This document shows, in pieces, positions 7,826-16,401 of a stretch of 64,000 nucleotides of DNA. The stretch is taken from the NCBI GenBank assembly GCA_963767005.1, contig CAVYCN010000008.1:113021-177020 (forward strand), written 5' to 3'. A model generated the notes under the pieces. That model ran no database searches and was not told the origin of the DNA. It saw only the letters and a list, made by a program, of their open reading frames with translations. The number at the start of each line of letters is the position of its first letter. The stretch's first letter is position 1. This DNA comes from an uncultured Actinomycetes bacterium (GTDB lineage Bacteria > Actinomycetota > Thermoleophilia > UBA2241). The position numbers were made by a program, and so were the translations under genes.

Positions 7826-10266
7826 GCGCGCAGCCTCGCGACGCCGCTAAGGCGGCCGCGCCGGCCTCCCGCCCGGTGGCCGCCGTGCCGCAGATGACGC
7901 TCACGGTCGACGGGCACGAGGTGACGTGCGACCGCGGCGAGACCATCCTGCAGGCCGCCGAGCGGGCCGGGGTGCGCATCCCGACGCTGTGCTACGAGTC
8001 GCGTCTGCCGGCCTCGGCCGCCTGCCGCCTGTGCATGGTCGAGGTCGAGGGCTGGGGCAAGCCGGTGTCGAGCTGCTCGACCTACGCCGCCGACGGCATC
8101 GTCGTGCACACCGACACCGAGAAGGTGCGCAAGATGCGGCGGCTCTATCTCGAGCTGCTGCTGTCCGACCACAGCTCGTTCTGCACGCCGCCCTGCGCCG
8201 ACGCCTGCCCGACGGGGATCAAGATCCCGCAGTTCCTCGACGCCGTCGCACGGGGCGACTACGCCGCCGGCGTGCGCAAGCTGCGCGAGGACCTGCCGTT
8301 CCCGGCGATCCTCGGGCGCGTCTGCCCGCGGCCCTGCGAGGAGCCCTGCCGACGCCGTCTCGTCGACGAGCCCATCACGATCTGCTCGCTGCACCGCTTC
8401 ATGGCCGACCAGTGCCTCGACGACGAGCAGACCGGCGAGCTGCTCCTGCCCTACGAGCCGCGGCCCGACAGCGGCAAGCGTGTCGCCGTCGTTGGCGCCG
8501 GGCCGGCCGGCCTGGCCTGCGCGTTCTACGCCCGCCTCGACGGCCACCAGGTGACGATCTTCGAGGCCGAGTCGCGGCCCGGCGGCATGCTGCGCTACGG
8601 CATCCCCAGCTTCCGCCTGCCGCGCGAGGTGCTCGACAAGGAGCTCAACGTGCTCTGGCGCCTGGGCGTCGAGCTCGAGTGCGGCAAGCGCCTCGGCGCC
8701 GACCTGCGGCTCGACGACCTGACGGCGTCCTACGACGCCGTGTTCCTCGGCTTGGGCGCGCTGCACACCCCGGCGCTCGCCGTCGCCGGCGCCGAAGCGG
8801 CCGGCGTGACCGACGCGCTCGAGCTGCTGGCCGGCCTCGAGCGCGGCGACGACGTGACGGTCGGCGGCACGGTGGCCGTCGTCGGCGACGGCTTCGCCGC
8901 CGCCGAGGCCTGCCGCGTGGCGCGCCGCAAGGGCGCGACCGACGTCACCTGGCTCGCGCCGGGCGCGCGGGCCGACATGGCGACGCCGGCGGCCGAGATC
9001 GCCGCGGCACTCGACGAGGGCGTGCGGCTCGAAGAGGCCGTGGCGCCGATCGCCCTGCAGACCGGCGCCGGCGGCGCGCCGACCGGCATCGAGCTGCGTC
9101 GCGACGGCGGCGCCACGTTCGTGCTGGCCTGCGACCAGGTCGTGAACGCCGGCGCCCACGTGCCGCAACTCGACGGCACAAGCGAAGCGCAAGGCGTGGG
9201 CCGCACGGCGGCCGGCACCGTCCGCGTGAACGACGACACCCTGCAGACCGACGATCCGCGCATCTTCGCCGGCGGCGACGCCGTGCTGGGCGCGCGCACG
9301 GCGGTCGAGGCGGTCGCCCAGGGCAAGCGCGCCGCCTGGAGCATCGACGCGTTCCTGCGCGGCCACGACATGGCGGCCGTCGCGCGCGAGCTCGCCGAGG
9401 TGCGGGCGACGGCCTTCCCGGCCGCGCTCGCGGCGCGCAAGCGGCTCGACCCGGCCGTCGCCCGCCTGGCGGACGTCAAGCCGGTGTTCATCGACATGAC
9501 GGTCGACGTCTCGCACCCGGCGCCGCGGCCGCGCATGCCCGAGCTGCCGGCGGCCGAGCGCGTGACCGGCTTCGCCGAGGTCGAGCTCGGCCTGACCGAG
9601 GAGCAGGCGCGCGAGGGCGCGGCCCTGTGCCTCGACTGCCACTGCCCGGCCAACGGCGAGTGCGAGCTGCAGAGCCTCGGCATCGAGTACGAAGTCTTCG
9701 AGAACCGCTTCCACGGGCAGGCGACCCACGACTACCCGGCCGACCTGCGCCACGACTTCATCATGCGCGAGCCCAACCGCTGCATCATGTGCCTGCGCTG
9801 CGTGCGCGTCTGCCGCATGGAGGTCGGGGCGAGCTGCTACGATGCCATGGGGCGCGGCTGGGACACGATCGTCTCGACGCCCGACAACCTGCCGCTGCAG
9901 ACGGTCGGCTGCATCTCGTGCGGCAAGTGCGCCGAGACCTGCCCGACCGGCTCCATCGAGATCGACCGGCGCGTGCTGCGCAGCTACGATTTAGACGAGA
10001 GCCGCTGCATCTTCTGCGGCGAGTGCGTCGAGGTGTGTCCCTACGACGCGCTCGAGCAGACCGCCTTCTTCGAGCTCGCCGGCTACAGCCGCACGAAGCT
10101 CGCCGGCGAGTCGCTGTTCGTGCGCGTCCCGCAGAAGACCGACGGGCCGCGCCCCATCGTGGCCGACGTCGAGCCCCATGTGCGCGACGCGGTCGAGGGC
10201 AGAGGCTGGCAGTGGGCGCCGCTCAAGGGCGACGGCGACCTCGACGAGATCGAGCGTGACCTCTGA
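7822..10266 (+). CDS. Multidomain Fe-S flavoprotein: NuoG/HydA N-terminal Fe-S domains, inserted GltD/NfnB-like FAD domain and NuoI C-terminal half
   Basis: GTG after GGAGG. IPTLC..ACRLCMVE..SSC ([2Fe-2S]); PPCADACP, GRVCPRPCEEPC, VAVVGAGPAG, GGMLRYGIP and IFAGGD (GltD); CIMCLRCVRVC and CISCGKCAETCP (NuoG ferredoxin domain); YDLDESRCIFCGECVEVCPYDAL...FELA (NuoI C-half). Confidence 0.9.
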   Translation: MSAQPRDAAKAAAPASRPVAAVPQMTLTVDGHEVTCDRGETILQAAERAGVRIPTLCYESRLPASAACRLCMVEVEGWGKPVSSCSTYAADGIVVHTDTEKVRKMRRLYLELLLSDHSSFCTPPCADACPTGIKIPQFLDAVARGDYAAGVRKLREDLPFPAILGRVCPRPCEEPCRRRLVDEPITICSLHRFMADQCLDDEQTGELLLPYEPRPDSGKRVAVVGAGPAGLACAFYARLDGHQVTIFEAESRPGGMLRYGIPSFRLPREVLDKELNVLWRLGVELECGKRLGADLRLDDLTASYDAVFLGLGALHTPALAVAGAEAAGVTDALELLAGLERGDDVTVGGTVAVVGDGFAAAEACRVARRKGATDVTWLAPGARADMATPAAEIAAALDEGVRLEEAVAPIALQTGAGGAPTGIELRRDGGATFVLACDQVVNAGAHVPQLDGTSEAQGVGRTAAGTVRVNDDTLQTDDPRIFAGGDAVLGARTAVEAVAQGKRAAWSIDAFLRGHDMAAVARELAEVRATAFPAALAARKRLDPAVARLADVKPVFIDMTVDVSHPAPRPRMPELPAAERVTGFAEVELGLTEEQAREGAALCLDCHCPANGECELQSLGIEYEVFENRFHGQATHDYPADLRHDFIMREPNRCIMCLRCVRVCRMEVGASCYDAMGRGWDTIVSTPDNLPLQTVGCISCGKCAETCPTGSIEIDRRVLRSYDLDESRCIFCGECVEVCPYDALEQTAFFELAGYSRTKLAGESLFVRVPQKTDGPRPIVADVEPHVRDAVEGRGWQWAPLKGDGDLDEIERDL

Positions 10267-10769
10267 TGCCGCAGGGCGACTTCCATCCCATCCTGTTCGT
10301 GATCGTCGCCGTCTGGGTGCTGGGCTGCGGCATCGCCGTGGTCGCCCTGCGCAACATCGTGCACTCGGCGATGGCGATGGTGGCCTGCTTCCTGGGCGTG
10401 GCGGCGGCCTACGTGCTGCTCGACGCCGGCCTGCTCGCCGTCATCCAGATCCTGATCTACGTGGGCGCCATCTCGGTCGTCGTGCTGTTCGCCATCATGC
10501 TGACCGAGCAGCAGCGCACCGGTCGCGGCTTCTACTTCAACCGCCAGTCGATCGTCGCCCTGCCGCTTGCCGTCGCGACCTTCGTCGTGCTCACCGTCGT
10601 GCTCGTGACCTCGAAGATGCCGCTCAGCGGCAGCCACGCGCACAATGTCTCGCTGACCGGCATCGCAAACGGCCTCTTCAGCGCCTACGTCTTTCCGTTC
10701 GAGCTCGTCTCGATCGTCCTGCTGTCGGCCATGGTCGGCGCCATCGTGCTGGCCCGCAAGGAGGACTAG
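10266..10769 (+). CDS. nuoJ: NADH-quinone oxidoreductase subunit J
   Basis: QILIYVGAISVVVLFAIML and YVFPFELVSIVLL motifs. Confidence 0.95.
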   Translation: MPQGDFHPILFVIVAVWVLGCGIAVVALRNIVHSAMAMVACFLGVAAAYVLLDAGLLAVIQILIYVGAISVVVLFAIMLTEQQRTGRGFYFNRQSIVALPLAVATFVVLTVVLVTSKMPLSGSHAHNVSLTGIANGLFSAYVFPFELVSIVLLSAMVGAIVLARKED

Positions 10770-10834
10770 CCGTGCCACGCAGTCACACCTGGCTGAGCCA
10801 CAACAACGCAAGCCCATTGGGGGACTAGCAGGCC

Positions 10835-11143
10835 GTGAGCCCCGTCGACTGGTATCTGACCCTCGCCTCCGGCCTCTTCTGCATCGGCGCCTACGGCGTG
10901 CTCGCGCGGCGCAACGTCGTGCTCATCGTGATGAGCCTCGAGCTCATGCTGAACGCCGTGAACCTCGCCCTCGCCGCCTTCGCCGACTTCATGCCGGGGG
11001 CCGCCGGTCGCGGCACCTTCTTCGTGCTGTTCATCATCACCCTGGCGGCCGCCGAAGTGACGGTCGGCCTGGCGATCATCGTCGCCAACTACCGCAACCG
11101 CCGGTCGGTGCAGGCCGACGAGTTCAGCGAGATGAAGGGCTAG
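10835..11143 (+). CDS. nuoK: NADH-quinone oxidoreductase subunit K
   Basis: RRN..MSLELMLNAVN and AAAEVTVGLA motifs. Confidence 0.96.
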   Translation: MSPVDWYLTLASGLFCIGAYGVLARRNVVLIVMSLELMLNAVNLALAAFADFMPGAAGRGTFFVLFIITLAAAEVTVGLAIIVANYRNRRSVQADEFSEMKG

Positions 11144-11153
11144 GGGGCCCGCC

Positions 11154-13049
11154 GTGCACGTCGCCATCGCCCTGATCCCGGCCCTGCCGCTCGCCGGCTT
11201 CGTGATCACGCTGCTGCTCGGCCGCAACGCGCTGGCCCGGCGGCCCGAGGTCGCGTCGCTCGCCGCCGTCACCGGCTCGTGGGTGCTCAGCATGGTCGTC
11301 GTGGCGCACGTCTTCGGCCACCACACGCAGACGATCGACGTGCACCTGTTCAGCTGGGTCTCGGCCGGCTCGTTTCAGGTGCAGTGGGGCTACTACGTCG
11401 ATGCGCTCGCCGCCGTCATGCTCATCGTGGTCAGCACGATCGGCATGCTCGTGCACTACTACTCGATCGGCTACATGCGCGGCGACGGTGGCTACTACCG
11501 ATTCTTCGCCTACCTCAACCTCTTCATGTTCGCCATGTTCACCCTCGTGCTGGCCGACAACTACCTGCTCATGTTCCTGGGCTGGGAGGGCGTGGGCCTC
11601 TGCTCGTACCTGCTGATCTCGTTCTGGTTCCACAAGAAGAGCGCCTCGCAGGCCGGCAAGAAGGCCTTCCTCGTCAACCGCGTGGGCGACTGGGGCTTCA
11701 CCCTGGGCGTGTTCCTCATGTTCGTGACGTTCGGCACCCTGCAGTTCTCGCAGGTCTTCGCCCACGCGGCCCACGTGAGCCCGGGTCTCGTCACCTGGAT
11801 CAGCCTGCTGCTCTTCGTCGGCGCGGTCGGCAAGAGCGCCCAGTTCCCGCTGCACGTCTGGCTGCCCGACGCGATGGAGGGCCCGACCCCGGTCAGCGCC
11901 CTGATCCACGCCGCCACGATGGTGAACGCCGGCGTCTACATGATCGCCCGCAGCTACCCGCTCGTGAGCCACTCGCACACCGCCATGCTCGTCGTCATGG
12001 GGGTGGGCTGCTTCACGGCGATCTACGCCGCCTGTATCGCGCTCACCCAGAACGACATCAAGAAGGTGATCGCCTACTCCACGATCTCGTCGCTCGGCTT
12101 CATGTTCATGGCGCTCGGCGCGGGCGCCTGGGTGGCAGGCATCTTCTACCTGTTCGCCCACGGCTTCTTCAAGGGCCTGCTCTTCCTGGGCTCGGGCTCG
12201 GTGATCCACGCCATGTCGGGCGAGCAGGACATGCGTCACATGGGCGGCCTGCGCAAGAAGCTGCCGCTCACCTTCTGGACGATGATGGTCGGCGCCCTCG
12301 CCAACGTCGGTCTGTTCCCGTTCGCCGGCTTCTGGGCCAAGGACGAGATCCTGGGCGGCGCCTTCTCGGGCCACTACTACGTGGTCTGGCTGGTGGGTCT
12401 GGTCACCGCCTTCGTGACGGCGGTGTTCATGTTCCGCCTCATGTTCCTGACCTTCTGGGGCGAGAACCGCGCCGACGCCGAGGTGCAGCATCACATCCAC
12501 GAGTCGTCGGCCGTGATGACCGTGCCGCTCGTCATCCTTGCCGTGCCGGCCGCGGTGCTCGGCCTGGTGATCGGCCTGCCGCCCGGCGGCGGCTGGCTGC
12601 ACACCTTCCTGCACCCGGTCTTCTTCAGAGTCGAGAGCGAGCACTTCGCCTGGGCCGGCACCGGTGGCGCCCTCATGCTCCTGTCGCTCGTCGTGGTCGT
12701 GCTCGGCATCGGCACGTCGTGGCAGGCCTACCTGCGGCGCCCCGAGCTGCCCGCGCGAGTCGCCGCTCGCGTGCCCTGGGCCTACCAGGCGTCGCTGCAC
12801 AAGTTCTATATGGACGAGATCTACGACGCCGGTGTGGTGCGTCCGGTCATGGGCTTCGCCTCGTGGCTGTGGACGTTCGTCGACGTCAAGGTGGTCGACG
12901 GCGCCGTCAACGGCATCGCCGCCGTCTGGGCCGCCTTCGGGCGCGCCCTGCGGCCGCTGCAGACCGGCCGCGCCCAGAGCTACGCGTTCGGCGTCTTCGG
13001 CGGCCTGTTCGTGCTCGTCATCATCGTCCGCTACGTCTGGAGGGCCTGA
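11154..13049 (+). CDS. nuoL: NADH-quinone oxidoreductase subunit L
   Basis: GWEGVGLCSYLL and GKSAQFPLHVWLPDAMEGPTPVSALIHAATMV motifs. Confidence 0.97.
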   Translation: MHVAIALIPALPLAGFVITLLLGRNALARRPEVASLAAVTGSWVLSMVVVAHVFGHHTQTIDVHLFSWVSAGSFQVQWGYYVDALAAVMLIVVSTIGMLVHYYSIGYMRGDGGYYRFFAYLNLFMFAMFTLVLADNYLLMFLGWEGVGLCSYLLISFWFHKKSASQAGKKAFLVNRVGDWGFTLGVFLMFVTFGTLQFSQVFAHAAHVSPGLVTWISLLLFVGAVGKSAQFPLHVWLPDAMEGPTPVSALIHAATMVNAGVYMIARSYPLVSHSHTAMLVVMGVGCFTAIYAACIALTQNDIKKVIAYSTISSLGFMFMALGAGAWVAGIFYLFAHGFFKGLLFLGSGSVIHAMSGEQDMRHMGGLRKKLPLTFWTMMVGALANVGLFPFAGFWAKDEILGGAFSGHYYVVWLVGLVTAFVTAVFMFRLMFLTFWGENRADAEVQHHIHESSAVMTVPLVILAVPAAVLGLVIGLPPGGGWLHTFLHPVFFRVESEHFAWAGTGGALMLLSLVVVVLGIGTSWQAYLRRPELPARVAARVPWAYQASLHKFYMDEIYDAGVVRPVMGFASWLWTFVDVKVVDGAVNGIAAVWAAFGRALRPLQTGRAQSYAFGVFGGLFVLVIIVRYVWRA

Positions 13050-13051
13050 CC

Positions 13052-14641
13052 GTGGGCTGGCATCAGCAGGCGGGCTTTCCCATCCTCTCGGTCATCACGT
13101 ACCTGCCGCTCGTCGGCGTCGTGATCATCGCCCTGTTCGGCAGGGGCCGGCCGACCTTCTACAAGGTCGTCAGCCTGGTCGTCACGCTGGCCGCCTTCGC
13201 GCTGTCGATCGTGCTGCTGCTCCGCCTCCACGCGAACCGGCCCGGCATGCAGTTCGTCGAGAACGTCGTCTGGATCAAGCGCTTCAACATCCACTACGGC
13301 TTCGGCATCGACGGCATCTCGGCGCTGTTCATCTTCCTGACCACGCTGCTCGGCTTCATCGTGATCATCGCGAGCTGGCACTACGTCAAGGACCGCGAGC
13401 GCGGCTTCTTCGCGACGCTGCTGCTCCTCCAGGTCGGCATGACCGGCGTGTTCTGCGCGACCGACATCTTCCTGTTCTACGTGTTCTGGGAGGCCATGCT
13501 GATCCCGATGTTCTTCATCATCGGGATCTGGGGCGGTCCCCGGAAGATCTACGCCGCCGTCAAGTTCTTCCTGTTCACGCTGGTCGGCAGCGTGCTCATG
13601 CTGGTCGCCATCATCGCCCTGGTCTGGTACGCGCGCGGCAACTCGCCGGTCGGGCTGACGTTCGACATCCAGCAGCTCTCGCACCTGATCCTGCCCTACG
13701 ACCTGCAGCTCTGGGCCTTCGCCGCCTTCTTCGTCGCCTTCGCCATCAAGGTGCCGATGTGGCCGCTCCACACCTGGCTGCCCGACGCCCACGTCGAGGC
13801 CCCGACGGCGGGCTCCGTGATCCTCGCCGGCGTCCTGCTGAAGATGGGCGGCTACGGCATGCTGCGCTTCTGCCTGCCGATCTTCCCCGACGCCGCGGTC
13901 GCCTTCATCCCGCTCGTCGTCGCCCTGTCGATCGTGGCCATCATCTACGGCGCCCTGGTGTCGATGCAGCAGAAGGACTTGAAGAAGCTCGTCGCCTACT
14001 CGAGCGTCAGCCACATGGGCTTCGTCACGCTCGGCATCTTCGTGTCGGTGGCCGTGCTCGGCAACGCCCAGGGCATGGTGGGCGCGATCCTCGTCATGTT
14101 CAGCCACGGCCTGCTCACGGGCGCCCTGTTCCTGCTGGTCGGCTTCCTCTACGAGCGCACGCACACGCGTGAGATCGCCGCGATGGCCCGTCTGGCCACG
14201 CCGCTGCCGGTGCTGGCCGGCTTCTTCCTGTTCTTCACGCTCGGCTCGCTCGGCCTGCCCGGCCTGTCGGGCTTCGTGGGCGAGTTCCTGAGCCTGCTCG
14301 GCCTGTTCCACTACTCGCACTGGATGGCGGCCGTCGCCGCCCTCGGCGTGATCCTGGCGGCCTGCTACCTGCTCTGGATGTTCCAGCGCGTCATGTTCAA
14401 CGACCGCGGCGACGAGGCGGTCAAGCCGGCCTTCGCCCTGTCCGACTTCGGTGCGCGCGAGATCGCGTCGCTGCTGCCGCTCGTCGTGCTCGCCGTGTGG
14501 GTGGGCGTCTACCCCAACACCTTCATCAATCTCGTCCACCTGCCGGTCCAGCAGATCGTCGATCGCGTCGTGCCGTCCCTCGCCCAGGCCCACGGCGGGA
14601 CACTCGCCGACCTCGGTCGTTTCGCACGGGGGCTGCTCTAG
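13052..14641 (+). CDS. nuoM: NADH-quinone oxidoreductase subunit M
   Basis: FYVFWE, IKVPMWPLHTWLPDAHVEAPT and AYSSVSHMG motifs. Confidence 0.96.
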   Translation: MGWHQQAGFPILSVITYLPLVGVVIIALFGRGRPTFYKVVSLVVTLAAFALSIVLLLRLHANRPGMQFVENVVWIKRFNIHYGFGIDGISALFIFLTTLLGFIVIIASWHYVKDRERGFFATLLLLQVGMTGVFCATDIFLFYVFWEAMLIPMFFIIGIWGGPRKIYAAVKFFLFTLVGSVLMLVAIIALVWYARGNSPVGLTFDIQQLSHLILPYDLQLWAFAAFFVAFAIKVPMWPLHTWLPDAHVEAPTAGSVILAGVLLKMGGYGMLRFCLPIFPDAAVAFIPLVVALSIVAIIYGALVSMQQKDLKKLVAYSSVSHMGFVTLGIFVSVAVLGNAQGMVGAILVMFSHGLLTGALFLLVGFLYERTHTREIAAMARLATPLPVLAGFFLFFTLGSLGLPGLSGFVGEFLSLLGLFHYSHWMAAVAALGVILAACYLLWMFQRVMFNDRGDEAVKPAFALSDFGAREIASLLPLVVLAVWVGVYPNTFINLVHLPVQQIVDRVVPSLAQAHGGTLADLGRFARGLL

Positions 14642-16165
14642 ATGAACAACTCGGTCTTCATCGTGCTGCCCACCGTCGTCATCCTCGCGACCGCGGTGGT
14701 CGTGCTGCTCGCCGACCTCGTCTTCGAGCGGCGCCCCAAGGTCCTCGGCTGGCTGTCCGCCGGCGGCCTCGTCGTGGCCGCCTCGGTGGCGATCGGCCAG
14801 TGGGCGACCTGGTCGGGTGGCGACGCGCTCTGGCGCGTCTTCACCGGCGGCCTCGGGTTCGGCGCCCGGCAGGGCAGATACGGCTTCAACGGCATGGTCC
14901 GGCTCGACCAGTACGGGCTCTTCTTCACGGTGCTGTTCTGCGCGATCGGCGTGCTCACCGTCCTGCTGTCCGACGGCTACCTTGCCCAGCATCGCATCAA
15001 GGCGGGCGAGTTCTACCTGCTGCTGCTGCTCGCCTTGAGCGGCATGGTCTGCATGGCGATCTCGACCGACCTCATCGCCCTGCTCGTGTCGTTCGAGCTC
15101 ATGTCGTTGCCGAGCTACGTGCTGGCCGGCGTGCTGCGCCGCGACCGCAAGTCGGGCGAGGCGGCCATCAAGTACTTCGTGAACGGCGCCTTCGCGTCGG
15201 CCGTCCTCGCCTTCGGCCTCGCCCTCGTCTACGGCGCGACCGGGGCCACGGGCTACGGCTCCATCCAGCGCTCACTCGCCGCCGGCGACCCGCGCAACGC
15301 GATGCTGCTCGTCGCCCTCGTGCTGGTGGCGACCGGCTTCGGCTTCAAGATCGCAGCGGTGCCGTTCCACGGCTGGGCGCCCGACGTCTACGAAGGCGCC
15401 CCGACGCCGGTCACCGCCTTCATGTCGGTCGGCATCAAGGCCGGCGCCTTCGCCGGCTTCCTGCGTATCGTCGCTCTGGCGCTCATCCCGGCCTCGCAGG
15501 GCTGGTCCGACGTGCTGATCATCCTGGCCGTGCTGACCATGGTCGTCGGCAACGTGCTCGCCCTGCCGCAGCGCAACCTCAAGCGGCTGCTCGCCTACTC
15601 GAGCATCGCGCACGCCGGCTACCTGCTCCTCGGCCTGGTCGCCCTGGGCCGCAGCCACGACACGACCGGCGCCGGCGCGGTCCTGTTCTACCTGGCCGCC
15701 TACACGTTCATGAACCTCGGCGCGTTCGGCGTGCTCGTGCTCATCCGCAACCGCCGGGCCTTTGCCTACACGCTCGACGAGCTCGCCGGCATGGGTCGCA
15801 GCATGCCGCTCACCGCCTTCGCCATGACGCTCTTCATGCTGTCGCTGACCGGCATCCCGCCGCTCGCCGGCTTCTGGGGCAAGTTCTACCTGTTCACGGC
15901 CGTGATCGACGCGCACCTCACCTGGCTCGCGGTCGTCGCCGTCGTGATGAGCGCGGTGTCGGCGTTCTACTACCTGCGGATCGTCTGGTACCTGTACTTC
16001 CGCGAGGCCGAGCCGGCCGCCGAGGAGCCCGAGCTGCTGGCCGCCGACGGCGGCATCGCCAGCGCGACGGCCGTCGCGGTGCTCGGCGTGCTCGCGGTGG
16101 GCGTGTACCCGTCGCCGGTCATCGCCGCGGCGCAGGGAGCCGTGCGCCTCATCTTCAAGGCCTGA
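14642..16165 (+). CDS. nuoN: NADH-quinone oxidoreductase subunit N
   Basis: EAAIKYF, FKIAAVPFHGWAPDVYEGAPTP and KRLLAYSSIAHAGY motifs. Confidence 0.96.
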   Translation: MNNSVFIVLPTVVILATAVVVLLADLVFERRPKVLGWLSAGGLVVAASVAIGQWATWSGGDALWRVFTGGLGFGARQGRYGFNGMVRLDQYGLFFTVLFCAIGVLTVLLSDGYLAQHRIKAGEFYLLLLLALSGMVCMAISTDLIALLVSFELMSLPSYVLAGVLRRDRKSGEAAIKYFVNGAFASAVLAFGLALVYGATGATGYGSIQRSLAAGDPRNAMLLVALVLVATGFGFKIAAVPFHGWAPDVYEGAPTPVTAFMSVGIKAGAFAGFLRIVALALIPASQGWSDVLIILAVLTMVVGNVLALPQRNLKRLLAYSSIAHAGYLLLGLVALGRSHDTTGAGAVLFYLAAYTFMNLGAFGVLVLIRNRRAFAYTLDELAGMGRSMPLTAFAMTLFMLSLTGIPPLAGFWGKFYLFTAVIDAHLTWLAVVAVVMSAVSAFYYLRIVWYLYFREAEPAAEEPELLAADGGIASATAVAVLGVLAVGVYPSPVIAAAQGAVRLIFKA

Positions 16166-16293
16166 GGGCCGCGCGCAAGCGGCGGCCTGCCGGTCGCGTC
16201 GCCGCCGTTTCTGGCCGGGCAGCCGCGCTGCCGGCGCTGGGGGGGATCTCGTGATCGTGCGCACCGCGACCGCGTGCGCCTGTCCCGCCACGA

Positions 16294-16317
16294 CCTGTTG
16301 CCAGCGCTGGCAACAGG
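16294..16317. promoter_or_regulatory. Perfect 24-bp palindrome, operator-like
   Basis: CCTGTTGCCAGC|GCTGGCAACAGG, upstream of a TAGACT -10-like hexamer (16356-16361) and ymdB. Confidence 0.6.
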
Positions 16318-16401
16318 CGCGCTGTCGGGTACGGCTGGCATCGTCGCCCGCAGGGTAGACTAGCGGTCTCCGGCCGGGCTGGTACGAAGGGAGAAACGCG
16401 G

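Noticed and set aside
9991-9993. TTA codon at the start of the NuoI C-half as bldA-type control
   Set aside because: A single codon; TTA also occurs in the essential ileS, so developmental gating is unsupported.
7822-10266. [FeFe]-hydrogenase or formate dehydrogenase catalytic subunit
   Set aside because: No H-cluster motifs, no molybdopterin domain and no in-frame TGA that might encode Sec.
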